Of a DNA stretch of 64,000 nucleotides, positions 22,304-34,805 are shown piece by piece. Location of the stretch: the NCBI GenBank assembly GCA_965240325.2, contig OZ251233.1, positions 1,054,001 through 1,118,000 of the forward strand. The letters are read 5' to 3'. The notes beneath the pieces are model-generated. The model was not told where the DNA came from and did not search any database. It saw only the letters and a list, made by a program, of their open reading frames with translations. This DNA is from Rebecca billardiae RCC1528. Taxonomy: Eukaryota; Protista; Haptophyta. A program made the position numbers and the translations under genes. Each line of letters opens with the position of its first letter. Position 1 is the stretch's first letter.

Positions 22304-23297
22304 TCACCGGCCGTCGGCTGCTGCGCCGCCGCCGCCCGCCGCAGCCGAGGGCGGCGGCTCGGCGCGCGTTGCGCTCGCGTCGACGAGCGCGCGCAGCCGC
22401 GACGCCGGGTCGGCGAGCAGCGCGCCCGGCGCCCCGTCCTCCACGAGCGCGCCGCCGTCGAGCGCGAGCACCCGATCGTACTGGTGGACGTGTGCAAGCC
22501 GGTGGCACACGGCCAGGAGCGTGCACGGGAGCGCGCGCAGCGCGCGCTCGAGGGCGGCCTCGGCGTCGGCGTCGAGCGGCGCGCTCGCCTCGTCGACGAT
22601 GGCGAGGAGGCAGCTCGGGTGCGCGAGCATCCGCGCGGCCGCGAGCAGCGCCGCCTCGCCCGCCGAGAGGGCCACGCCCCCGTCGGCGTCTGCGCCCGCG
22701 GCGCCGCGCGCGCCCAGCCTAGAGTCCAGGCCTCGTGGCCACCGGCGCACCGTCTGGCCGAGGCCGGCCGCGTCGAGCGCCGCCCAGAGGCGGGCGTCGT
22801 CGTCGGCGTGCTCGGCGGCGGCGGGCGTGCCGTGCAGCGTCAGGTTCTGCCGCACCGTGCCGGCCAGCAGCACCGGCTCCTGCGGCAGCACGGCAACGTG
22901 TGCGCGCAGCGCGGCGGCCGGCAGCGCGCGCGCGTCGAGGCCGCCCAGGCAGACCGCGCCGGCGCTCGCAGGGTACAGACCGAGGAGCACCTTCCAGACG
23001 GTGGACTTGCCCGCGCCCGAGCGGCCGACGAGCGCGACGTGCTCGCCCGCGCGCGCCGAGAAGCTCAGCGAGCGCAGCGACGCCGCGCCGCCGCCGCCGT
23101 CGGCCGTCGCGGCGGCGGCGGCGGCGGCGGCTGCTCCGGCGGCGGCGCCGCGCCCGAGCGACGCCGCGTCGTGCGCAGGCGCGCGCCAGGGCGCGTATGC
23201 CGCGCACACGCCGTCGAACTCGACGTCGACGCCGCGGCCGGGGTGCGCGGCGAGCGCTGCCCACGCGGCGGCGGCGGCGGCGGCGGCGAGGGCCTCG

Positions 23298-23330
<33 letters not shown>

Positions 23331-24433
23331 CGCTTGCGCGCGCGCGCCGCCGCCTCGCCGCCGCCGCCGCCGCCGCCGCCGAGCGCGGCAAGCTCGCACA
23401 CGCGCTCGACGCTGACAAAGTCGGTCTCGAGCTGCGCGAGCGAGCGGATGAGCCACCAGAGCGCGCCGGGCAGCTGCTCGAGGTACGAGAGCGCAAGGCC
23501 GAGCGACGCGGCGGCGGACGCGGCGGAGGCGGACGAGGCGCGCGCGCGCTCGCGCACGGCGAGCGCGGCGAGCGCGGCCGCGGGCGCGGCCGCGAGAATC
23601 TCCATGGAAGCGCATACCCACTGGTTGGCGTGCCAATAGGTGAGGTAGGCGGACGCGTTGGCCTCGAGGTGCGCGCGCAGCGCGGCGGCGCGCGCGGGCC
23701 CGCACCGCGCCGCGCGCAGCACCGCCGCGCCCGCCACGTCCTCGCCGAGCGCGGACGTGAGCGGCGCGCGCGCACCCGCCTCTAGCCTGCGCAGCTCGCG
23801 CGCCGACGCGCGGTAGAGCGCGGTCGCGCGCGCGTACGCGGGCGCGAGCGCGGGCAGGAGTAGGAGCGCGGCGGGCGCGCCGCCGCCCACGGCCGCGAGC
23901 ACGGACGCGAGCGTGAGCGCGCGCGTGAGCACGTCCGCCGCCGTCGGCGCCACCGTCTCGTCGACGAGCGACGCGTCCTTGGCGAAGCGCTGCAGCAGCG
24001 CGCCGCGCGGCGTGCCGTCGAAAAAGGCGGCGGGCGCGGCGCGCACGCCCGCCGCCATCGACGCGTGCAGCGCGCGCGCCGAGGCGCACGCGCAGCGCAC
24101 GAGGAGCGCGCCGCGCGCGCCGAGCAGCGCGCACGCCAGCGCGCCCAGCGCCGCGTACCCGCCCACGTACGACAGCCCGCCCAGCGCGTGCTCGGCGCGC
24201 GCGGCCGCGGCGGGCGGCAGCGGCGCGCGCGCGCCGGCCGCGAGCGGATCTGCCGCCGGGTGGGCAGCCCACACCGCCAGCCACCAGTTGGTGCACAGCT
24301 GCAGCGCGGCGGCGGCGAGGAAGGCGCACGCCAGGCACGCGCCCGCGCCCGCGCCGCCGAACGCGCGGCCGTACACGCGCAGGTGCGCGCGCGAGATCCC
24401 GCCCGTGCGGCCGCGCTCGCGCAGGCCGCCGCG

Positions 24434-24528
<95 letters not shown>

Positions 24529-26534
24529 CCGGATCATCGGACTCGCCCTCGTCGCTCCCGGACTCGGGCGATTCGTGCGGCGGCGGCGCGGCGACGGCGG
24601 CGGCGTCGGCGTCGGCGGCGGGCGGCGCGGGCGCCGCGTCGGACGCGGGCGCCGCCGCGGGCGCCGCCACCACCTCCGCCGCCACCTCCGAGCCGCCGCC
24701 GCCGCCGCCGCCAAGACGCACGTGCGTCGCGCGCGCGCCCGCCGCGCGCGCCGCGCCAAGCAGCAACGCCGGCTCGTGCGTCGCGACGACGACGAGCCGG
24801 CCCTCCGCGAGCACGAGGCGTTCGCACACGCAGCGCCGCGCCACGTGCGCCGCCGTGCGCGCGTCGAGCCCCGCCAGCGGCTCGTCCAGCAGCACGGCGC
24901 GTGCGTGCGAATAGGCCGCGCGTGCCAGCCCCACCCTCGCGCGCTGCCCGCCCGAGAGCCGAGCGCCGCCGTCGCCCGCGCGCGTGCGCTCGCGCCGCGG
25001 CAGATCGGCGAGGTCGGGCGCGAGGCCGCACGCCTCGACGACGGCCCAGAAGCGCGGCGCGTCCCACGCCTCGCCCGCCAGCACGTTCGCCCGCACCGAC
25101 GCGTCGCGTACCCACGGCGCTTGCGGGCATAGCGCGACGGAGGACGCTGCGGCGGAGGCGCGGCGCGCGCCGCGCGCGGGCGGCAGGTCGCCTGCGAGGG
25201 CGGCGAGGGCGGTCGAGTGGCCCGAGCCCACGCCGCCGGAGAGCACGTAGAGCGCACCGCCGCCGCTGCTGCTGCTGCTGCTGCCGTTGCCACTGCCGAC
25301 GCCGCCACCGCCGCCTGCTGCCGGCGCTTGCGGCTGCGGCTGCGGCTGCGGCTGCGGCCGCGGCGGCTGCGCTTCGCACACGAGCGAGAGATCGGCGAAG
25401 ACGGGCGGCGCGCCCTCCGCCCAGCGCAGCTGCGCGTGCCGCAGCTCGAGCCGCGGCGGCCCCGCACCGCCGCCTTCGCCCCAGCCGCCGCCGTCCGCGT
25501 CCGCGTCGCCGCCGTCCAAAAAACGCTCGAGCCGACCAACTGACACAGAGCTGTCCGCCGCGGCGCGCAGCAGGTTCGGCAGCAGCCGCAGCGGCGTGCC
25601 GAGGAGGTTGAACCACGCGAGCGAGGCGAACGCGCGCGCCGCGTCGAGCGGCGCGCGCCCGCCGCCGCCATCCCCGCCGCCGCCGCCGCCGCCGTGGAGG
25701 ACCGCGTAGGAAGCGAACGACGCCACCGCCGTGCCGACGGGCGTGGCGGCTGCGAGTACAGACGCTGCGGTGGCGAGGAGCTGCGAGCGGCGCAGCGCGC
25801 GGAGCTCGGCCTCGCGCAGCGCGTCGACGCGCTGCGCCACGCGCGCGCCCGCCGCCGGCGTCGCGAGCAGCCACTGCGCCGCGCCGAGCCACTCCGCGAC
25901 GGCGGCGACGCGCGCGTCGCGCGCGGCCGCGAGCGCGCGCGCCGCGCGGCGCGCGGCGCGCGCGAGCGCCGCGCTCGCGCAGACGGAGGTGAGGACGACG
26001 GCGACGCCGGGCAGCGCGGCGGCGCCGAGCAGCGTGGCCAGCGCCGCGCCGCACGCGCCCGCCTGCGCCGCGCCGCCCCACGTGCCCCACTGCAGCAGCC
26101 CCATGAGGTTCGATTCCGAAATCCGAGGGGCGTCGATGAGAAGCAACGACGTGAGGTGGCCGGCCGAGCGCGCGGCGCGCGCGGGCGCGGGCAGCACGAG
26201 CACGCGCGCGTGCACGGCGGCGGTGAGCGCGATCCGCGTGCGCGCGCCGATGCGCACGCCCGCCATCCACTGGTGGTACCGCAGCACCGTCGACGCGAGC
26301 GGGCAGCCCACCAGCGCGAGCGCGAGCCACGCGGCGCGGCGCGCGGCCGCCGCCTCCGCCGCCGCGTCCGCCGACCGCGCCGACTGCAGATAGGTCAGGA
26401 GCGGGTGCATCGCCAGCGGCGCGCCGAGCGAGAGCGCGGTCGCGCCGAGGACCAGCGCGCCCTGCCACGCGAGCGCCCCGCCCTCCGTCGCGAGCAGCGC
26501 GCGCGCGACCACGCCGCGCGCCGGCCGGCCGTGC

Positions 26535-26568
<34 letters not shown>

Positions 26569-27502
26569 CGGCGGCGCGCGCGCGCGCGGCCGCCACGGTG
26601 CGCTCGAGCTCGAGCGCCTCGTCAAAGGCGGCGACGATGCGCGGCACGGGCGCGCCGAGCTGCTCGCGCACCGGCGGCAGGTCGCTCCGCCGCAGCGCCC
26701 GCGTCCGCCCCAGCCGCAGCAGCGGCAGCACGCCGCAGAAGCAGACGCCGCCGAGCGCGGAGCCAAGCCTCCGCGCGCGCGACGCGGCGTGTCGCGGCGG
26801 CGCGCCGTCGGCGTCGGGCTCGCCGCCGCCGCCGGCGGCGACGGCGGCGGCGGCGTCGTCGTTCGACGCCGCGGCATCGGCGAGCGCAAGCGCGCCGTAC
26901 CGCGCGCGCCGCCGCCGCCTCGCGCGCGCGCGCGCGGCGGCGCACTCGGCGGCACCGCACGCGCGCGCGCCGACCGCGCACGCCGCGGCGAGCGCGAGCG
27001 CGCGCGCGCCGAGCTCGAGCGCCGAGAGCGCGCGCGCGCCGCGCGGGCGCGGCGCGAGGCCGAGCGCGAGGCGCACCGCGTCCGCCAGGCACAGCGCCGC
27101 GAGCCACGCGCGCAGCGCGCCGCGCTCGGCCGCGAGCGTCGGCTCGGCGGGCGCGCGGCCGGTGAGCGGCGACGCCGCCGCCGCGGCGACGCCGCGCGGT
27201 GCGACGTGGCGCAGGTGCGCGGTGGCGAGCGCGAGGAGCTCGAAGAGCGCGCCCGGCGCGTACATCGCCGCGGCGAGCGACGAGCCCGCCGGCGAGCGCA
27301 GCGCGGCGTACGCGGAGACGAGCGCGCGCGGCGCGGCGAGCGCGAGCGCCGCGCCGCACCACGCGGGCAGCGCGTCGGTGCGCCGCCGGTGGTGCATGGC
27401 GAGGCCGGCGCTCGCGCCGACGAAGAGCGCGTGGAACACGCACGCGACGAGCTCGACCTCGAGCTCGCGGCTCAGCGCCTCGTCGCCGCGCGGCGGCGCC
27501 AT
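22304..27502 (-). CDS. ABCC/MRP-type full ABC transporter (TMD0-like, TMD1-NBD1-TMD2-NBD2)
   Basis: NBD1: GGVGSGHST, CPQAPW...SVRANVL, LSGGQRARVGLARA, LLDEPL. NBD2: GRSGAGKST, PQEPVL, LSAGE, IVDEA, CHRL. ABCC TMD2 motif FFDGTPRGALLQRFAKD. Likely ATG at 27502 (MAPPRGD). Confidence 0.9.
24436..24527. repeat. (GCC)n trinucleotide run encoding about 30 Gly in the NBD1-TMD2 linker
   Basis: Uninterrupted gccgcc run within the ABC ORF. Confidence 0.9.
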
Positions 27503-27788
27503 GGGGGTTGTTGTTCGCGCAACTTGCAACTCTCCCTCGGGCCGGCCGCCGGCCGGCCGACCAAGTGTGCACGTTACAGTAAAACATAGTAAACTGTACA
27601 ATGACGATATTGATACAGTAGGCTGACTACTGTCCTGTGTATCATGTACAGGTCGATGAGGGCCGCAAGAATGAGACGGATCAGGGGCGTTCCCCGCGCG
27701 GGTCATGCGCCAATAAAAACTCACGCGCGAAAACAAAGCGCGGAAAATGAAAACGCGCTTGGCGCCGAAGGCGCGCTGGCGTCGATGG

Positions 27789-28690
27789 GCGCTTGGCGCG
27801 CGCGCGGCGCGGCGCGCTGCGGCCGTCGAGTTGCCATGCGAAGGCGGCGCGTTGCGTGCGTGGCATCGGAACGCTGCCGTGCTCCGCACTGCGCCCCGCA
27901 GCTCGCTCCTCGTCGACTTTGCTGCGCCTACGATCAGCGCGCACGCGAGCGTCGCCTCGGAATGAGCAGCCCGCGCCGGCCTCAGCCGTGAGCACCCGCC
28001 TGGCGCGCGATGCGATCAACTCGGGGCACGCGCTGTGGCTGAGCGAGGAAACATGTGCCTGCGCGCAAGCCGCGCCGCCTTGAGACATCGATCGTGCGCG
28101 TTGATGCAGCTTCAGACGGCTGTCGACGAATGCCCATCAGCCTGCACGAGCCTTGCATGCAGTGGAGATGAAACAACAGACCGTGAGCGCCCTGAAGCGA
28201 TGAATAGGAGTCTTCGGGTTGCGTGTGCGCGCAGTGACTCGTGTACATCCATGCATCGCCTGCGCGCGTGGCTGCCGTCATGCCTTGCTTAAGTAGTTGC
28301 TCTGATAAGGAGTCCTTTCAAGGACACCGCGACAATGCGCAAGGGCAAGAAGAATAGTTGCGTGCAAGGTGCGTGCCCTGCTCACGATCGGTGTCTCAAG
28401 GCGGCGCGGCTTGCGCGCAGGCACATACTTCCTCGCCCAGCCGCAGCTCGTGCCCCGAGTTGATCGCATCGCGCGCCAGGCGGGCGCTCACGGCTGAGGC
28501 CGGCGCGGGCTGCTCATTCCGAGGCGACGCTGGCGTGCGCGCTGATCGTAGGCGCAGCAAAGTCGACGAGGAGCGAGCTGCGGGGCGCAGTGCGGAGCAC
28601 GGCAGCGTTCAGATGCCACGCACGCAACGCGCCGCCTTCGCATGGCAACTCGACGGCCGCAGCGCGCCGCGCCGCGCGCGCGCCAAGCGC
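27789..28690. repeat. Long inverted repeat (arms about 27789-28096 and 28383-28690; spacer about 285 bp)
   Basis: The arms are reverse complements with few mismatches, and the same peptide (MRSTAAFRCHARNAPPSHGNST) appears on opposite strands in the ORF track. Confidence 0.9.
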
Positions 28691-29100
28691 TGGTGCGCCG
28701 CAGTCCGGGTTGGCGGCCGCCACTGCCGCAGCGCCAGTCCGGAAGGCAAAGCCCCCGCAGCGGGGGCTTTGCTTTTCAGGAGCGTGTGGCAGGATCCCGG
28801 GAACGCCCTTGCAGGGCCATTAGAAGGCGGCGCCGCCCGGGCCCAGACTCCGTTCACACCGCCGCTGAGCGACCCACTAATCTCGTCGATGTCCGCGGTG
28901 TGGGCGTGGCCCGCCGGCGCGGTGTCGGGCCGGAACTTGGGCGGGCCGTGCGGGTCGTGGCAGCCCGCACGAGCGGCGTCAGCCAGACCTGTGCATGCCC
29001 AACAGCTGAGCCAACGAGGCCAGCGCGCAGCATGCACCTAGCTCAAACGCGAGCCGAGCCCCGCCCGCTCCAGCTGCTCCGCCGCGCACCGGGCGCCCGC

Positions 29101-29473
29101 TCAGCGGTCAAAGCCGCACACCTCGGTCGCGTAGTCTGCGTCGAGGCCCATGTCCGCCGCCGCCTGCTTCATCGCGTCGGGGACGGGCCCGAGGAACTTG
29201 AAGTGGCCCGGTTGCGCGATCTTGCGCAGGTCGCCGATGTGCGGCCCGGCCGTGTACTGGAGGTGGTACCCGAGCGCGCTCGCGTCCGCAAACTCGTCCT
29301 TCACGTACAGCACACGCGCCGAGCGGTCGACGTGCACGCGCACAGCCTCGGCGCCGGGCTCGTTCTTCTCCATCTCGGCGGTGACGCCGCGGTAGATGTC
29401 GACGAGGGTGTCCAGCTGACCCGGTCCCGAGTGTCCAGTTGTAGAAGACGGTCACGTGCGCGCTGTTCGACAT
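29101..29473 (-). pseudogene. Small ABM/dimeric alpha-beta barrel-like protein gene with a +1 frameshift near 29425 (pseudogene or consensus error)
   Basis: Removing one base gives MSNSAHVTVFYNWTLGPGQLDTLVDIYRGVTAEMEKNEPGAEAVRVHVD...LYVKDEFADASALGYHL...FGDR-like C-terminus (CGFDR), about 123 aa. The PG...EPG...E.F.D..AL..HL pattern fits ABM-like proteins. Confidence 0.6.
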
Positions 29474-30147
29474 CGCGACAGGGGGACCTACTACTGCGTC
29501 AATCACGCGTGCGTCAATCACGCCTACTACTGCGTCAATCACGCCGTCAATCACGACAGCGCGAGCGCGTTGCGTGATTGACGCAGTAGTAGGTGTCCAG
29601 CTGACCCGGACGGGGTCGCCGTCCCCAGCCGCTCCGACGCGCTCTTGGGGTCCGCGCGGGCCCTCAGCACCCTAAGAACCCATCCTACTCGTGGACGGCG
29701 CCGGCCTCGCCGCGTTGAATGTTGCAACAGATTGTGATTCGAGCCCCGTGCACTGGCCGCGGCACTCGCATGACAGGTCCAGCGGCGCCCTGTGGGCAAG
29801 CGAGCCAAGAGGCGCAGCGAGGCCGGAGCGGCTGCAGTACAGGCCGAGCGCAAGCGCCGAGTCGCAGCCGCGGGCGCGCCGCGCCGCTGGCGCCGGGCTC
29901 GCCCGGGGAAGAAGGCGCCGCTGCAGCGCTCCTTCTGCCATCACGCGATCCGCCGGCAGGAAGACCTGACTTGCGCCCAGTTTTGACAAAAACGATGAAT
30001 ATAGGCCCATGAATATATTCAACTCCGCGCGCTCTTGGGTAAACCTGACAGTTATAGTGGGGCGGCCCTTTACGGCGATGCCGAGACTACCGACCGGCCG
30101 GCGAGCTTCGACCGCCAATCGTTATCAAAATTCCGGTCGTTCCGCGC

Positions 30148-30339
30148 CACCCGGAGCCCGTTCTAAAGGGGAATTTAAAATAGGAAATAGATTTGCGCGG
30201 AATCCAGCGCCAATCATGCGATTCTCGCCTGCCTGATCATGAAGCTGTAAGCTACGTACATGTGCGTCTCTTATTCTTATTAGTAAACTATAGAAGTAGC
30301 TCACAGTTTTAAATTCCCCTTTATAACGGGCTCCGGGTG
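30148..30339. repeat. Inverted pair of a 33-bp transposon-end-like sequence (third copy at 21363-21396)
   Basis: cacccggagcccgttctaaaggggaatttaaaa (to 30180) versus ttttaaattcccctttataacgggctccgggtg (from 30307). The same sequence occurs at 21363. Confidence 0.7.
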
Positions 30340-32988
30340 ACAGTGCCGGATTGGAATTTTCCGTGACGCTTCGGACGGTCCGCAGCTCGAGTCAGCGAAT
30401 CCGGTCTCGGCCGGACAGTGGAACTCGGGTGGAAGCCGCGACTTCGCGGCGGACGGAGCCTCAAACGAGCGGTGCCTCGGCTCGCGGCGCGATCTACTCG
30501 GCGAAGACCGACGAGGCTGCTCGCGGGCCCGACTATGCGTCGACGCGGGCTGGGGTCGTCTTCCGCGTGGCGCTGGGCAAGTTCCTCGCCGCCCTGACGG
30601 GTGCTCTCCTTTCGCCCTCACGGCGCGCGCGGTGCGTTTCGCGAGCTTCTTGCATGCGCCGCCCGCGGTTGCGCCCGAGCCTGATGCTTCAGTCGACACG
30701 GCAGGTGGCTCGCGCAGGGTGGGATTGTGTGCGGGTGCCGCTGGCGGTGCGTCTCACCCTCCTGAAATTGTGTGGGAGGCTGTGACATTGCACGCGTACA
30801 CCCCGCCACGCCCGCGGCCCGCCCGCGCAAACGCCGCGCCGCGCAGTTGTCTTTGACCTCGAGCGAACCTGAGGCGTGGAGGCGACCGACGGCGGGGTGC
30901 GACTTGCCCACCGACCCGAGCCGCATCACCCAGCGCAGCCTCGCCCGCGACGACGCTTCGCCTGGCTGCCACTGCTCAGCCGCATGCAAGGCGGGCTGGG
31001 CGACGTCTTTGCCGAGCGCGGCTGCAGCGCAGCACGCGAGAGGCTGGAGCGCCATGACGCGGATGGCGGAGCGGGCTTTGGGCTGGCTGGCATGAGCCGC
31101 CAGGCTGTACCGTCCGCGCAGATCGCGCTCGGCCCGGCCGCAGCCCTCCTGAGCGCGCGCCTCAGAGCTGAGACTGATCACGGACAGGGCGCACAGCACT
31201 ACTGCAGTGGCTGTGTCGAGCAGCTGCGTGTGCTCGAGGCGCGGCGCTCGCACGGGCCACGCGGGCGCAGCGGGTGCGCGCAGCTGGCGCACGCAGTGCC
31301 ACGTCCTGCCGCGCCAGTTTGGCGGCCGTCCGCCCCCCCGAGCTCGAGTTCTGCGCGCTTTGCGACGGCGCGGCCGGCCGCGCCCATCTTCATGCTTGGG
31401 CACGCCAGCATGGCCGCCGCCGGGCCTGCTGCGCGCGCCGAAGCTGGAGGGCGGAGGAGGGCGCTGGGCTGCTCCTACGGCGTGCTGCAGCCCGGGCAGG
31501 CTTTTCCGCGGCGCGGCGAGGCCGTCGCGCCTGCTCGCCGCCGTCGAGTCGCCCGTGCTGAGTGACCGTCGGCCGCATGTGCTCGGCGGCACCGCAGGCA
31601 GGCGTCCCATACCAGTGTGCTCGAGCCGCTGCGCGCACCCAAGGCGAGCTGCTCGAGCGGGCTAGGTGGGCCCACGGAGTGCGCGCAGCTGGCGCACGCA
31701 GCCCCGCGTCATGGGGTGTCGGTTTGACGGTCGCCAGCCCCCGTGGGCTCGAGCTCTGTGCGCTTCACCACGGAGGTGCCGACGGCGCCCCGCGGCGCGC
31801 AACGGCGTGGCAGCATGGCCGCCGCCGGCGCCGCCGCACATGCCGCCGCTTACGGGCAGTCGAGAGCTTGGGGCAGCACCTACGGCATGCTGCAGCTCGG
31901 GCGGGCTCTGCCAGCCTGCTGTGGCGTGATCGCGCATTTTCCAGACCGTCGACTCGCCCGCGCTGCATATTTGTTTGCTGCGCGTGCTCGACGGCGCCGC
32001 TGCTGCCGCTACGGCCGCGCGTTGCTGCGTCGCGAGCGAGCCCGATGCGAGCTGAACGGCGGTGTGCTCATCGCTGCTGGCGCAGATGGGCGCGTCATGG
32101 TGGCCACGCACGATGCTGAGTGCTCGCGCGTGCCAGACGAGGCGCGTGCTCGCGCTGTGGCTCAATGTCCGGCAGTGCGCGTGGCAGGCCGCAGCTGCTC
32201 GACAACAGAACCAGCGGGCAGTGATCGGGCTGCGCACGCGCAGCTGATGGCGGCGAACGAGCGAGCCCGCACCGCCGCGCAAGGGCTGGGCGACTGGCGC
32301 CGAGGTGGCGCGCACGTCGTCCGCTGCCGTTGGCATCGCGGCGGACGCTTCAAGCTCGTTCGGCCGGCGTGTTTTCTCCGACGCCCACCTGCGAGCGCTG
32401 CCGGCACCGTGCTCGGGCGTCAGTATCGGTGGGCTCGAGCACGCGTGGTGAGGCGCTCGGGGCGGTCGACGGCCATGATCGGGCAGCGCACGGTGGGCGC
32501 AGGCCACGCGCACGCCAGCGCCCCGCGTGGCGTGGCTTCACGGGGCGCAGCCACCAGGAGACTGTGCTGCGACGAGCTCGGGCGCGCTCGGGCGCCGCTG
32601 CTCTGCATTTTCCCGAAAAATCGGTTTTCGTGCCCTCGACCGGCGGCATGCCGCCGGGGTGGCCGCAGCTGCGCTCGGAGCAGCGCGCACGGGCACCGCC
32701 GTGTGCGCCCGCCCGCTTTCGCCGCCGCCGAGCTCGAGCACAGCGCTGCGCGGGGCTGCGTAATGCCAACGGCGCATGATTTTTTGCCCGCGCCGAGCGC
32801 GCGTCGGCGCGCGCAGCGCGCTCAGGTGTGGCCTGCTACCAAGGTCTGTGCCACGATTCGACGCGCCTATGGTGCGCCGAATTTAGGCGCACCGCTTCAG
32901 AATTGTCCGATGATTCGACTAGTGGTGCGGACAACTTAAAACGTCACCCTGAGCAGTTTTCCTGCACTGTGCTATACTGCAGCTACTA

Positions 32989-33095
<107 letters not shown>

Positions 33096-34805
33096 ATGGA
33101 TTGATTGATTGATAAAGCCAAAGACACGGGCACGAGGGCGCAGCTCTGCTCCTGATTCGTCTGTCGTGAACAGACGTCGTGGTACTGGTCGAAGCTTGAG
33201 CATGCAGTGGTGGACGTGGTGTGAGCACGTTGACGGTCGGTCGCCAGCAGCCGCAGGCTTAATGTTGGTGTTGTCGTCGACGTCGTCGTCAGGCCCGGCA
33301 GGAAGTAGGTACCCAAGTCAAAGACGGGTGAGCAGGTTGGTGTCGTCAAGGGTGTCGCCTACTTGATCAGCAGCTGGTGTCGATGATGATGCGGTAGCTT
33401 ATAATAATAAGTTAGGAGCAGTAGTTCAAGTTGGTCTCGACGCTGTGGTACTGTACTGATAATGTCAACAAGGCTGCGCCTCTCCAGCCCCAATCTGAAC
33501 GGCCAAGGTGCCTAGGCGGCCTGACGCAGCGCTCGCGCAGCTGGAGCTTAATTAGGCAAAGCGCCAAGCGGCCGGGGAGCTTGCCGGTCGTCCAGCGTCC
33601 GTCGTCGGTCAAACGCTGAGTCGCATAGCAGGCGGAGAGGCCGTACTGTACGCAGTGACAGCACTGCTAGTTACAGTAGCTTATAGCTTATGTTAGTAGT
33701 AGCTCTCGACGTACATTATCAGTCATAGTACAAGTAATAAAAGTATCATCTCGTTGAGTCCGGCATAATAATGATGAAAAGCACTAGTGCTGGGATTCAA
33801 TCTGAGTATGGGACTACGAGTACGAGCCGTAGCTAGAGTCAGCCAGCCAGACTGTGAGTGTGAGGGGACAGTCCGGAGTGACGCTGATTGAGAGTGAGAG
33901 TCAGAAGCGCCGCAGTACGACTACGTACAGTTATACTGCCCGCTACTACATGTAACATGAGCTGCTCAACTCACTATGCACTCACAGTCGCCCCGGTGAC
34001 TCAGTCGGGGCGGTAGCTTCAGCCTTATGGTGCGGCCCCTGCTCGTCATCGATCTGTGTCAGTGTCTCACGTGAGCACTTTCGTTCTTATGACCTCCGAC
34101 GACTCGAAGCTAGTCGTCGTACTTCCTCAACTGATAACAGTCGGGCGTACGCGTTCTCAGTTATTACATGCAGCAGTAGCGCATATTATTGAATGAACAT
34201 ATTTTCGCGGACGGATCTATCTCTCTGGCGCTCTCTCTCACTCGGCCGATGAATGCGCATAATAATAAATAATAATAATATCAGCCGTTATGATGCGGAC
34301 GACCGTAGTAATATTTATAATTAGCTGCTGAGTAGTGCGCTGGCTGTAATAATAAATATTCAGCATGAGCAGTCGTCCGCCTCTTACACTGGCCTCTGAT
34401 GATCGATCTATAGTCAACAAGTAAGACGACTAACAGCAGTGCGTATTACATCCTGCGTTACAGTTTACTATGTTTTAACGTGCACACTTGGTTAAACAGT
34501 AACATTGAAGTCACTCGCATCATCAGACTGAGATGACATCACGCGACCGTGATGCGTCCCGAGGCCGTCGGACCAGAGGCTTCCGAGACCCAGCGCCAAT
34601 ATATAATCACATATATATATATATATTATGAATTTATGTCAACTACTAGCTGCTACTTGATGATGACTGTAGTCTGTGCCGTAGCAGGCCAGCACATGCT
34701 GCACATGCATCGCGTGCAGCAGCCCGCGCCAGTCGCGGTTCGGGCGCCGCCGCTGGCAGAGCGTCAGCATGGGTTTCGTCAGAGACTTCCTATATAGTTC
34801 ATAGT

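Noticed and set aside
27503-27889. N-terminal extension of the 1861-aa ABC ORF
   Set aside because: It starts at a non-ATG codon inside the inverted repeat and crosses a MITE end. ATG 27502 is more plausible.
29672-30118. ORF with ELNIFMGL resembling a piggyBac transposase fragment
   Set aside because: The match is too short, there are no catalytic motifs, and the start is non-ATG.
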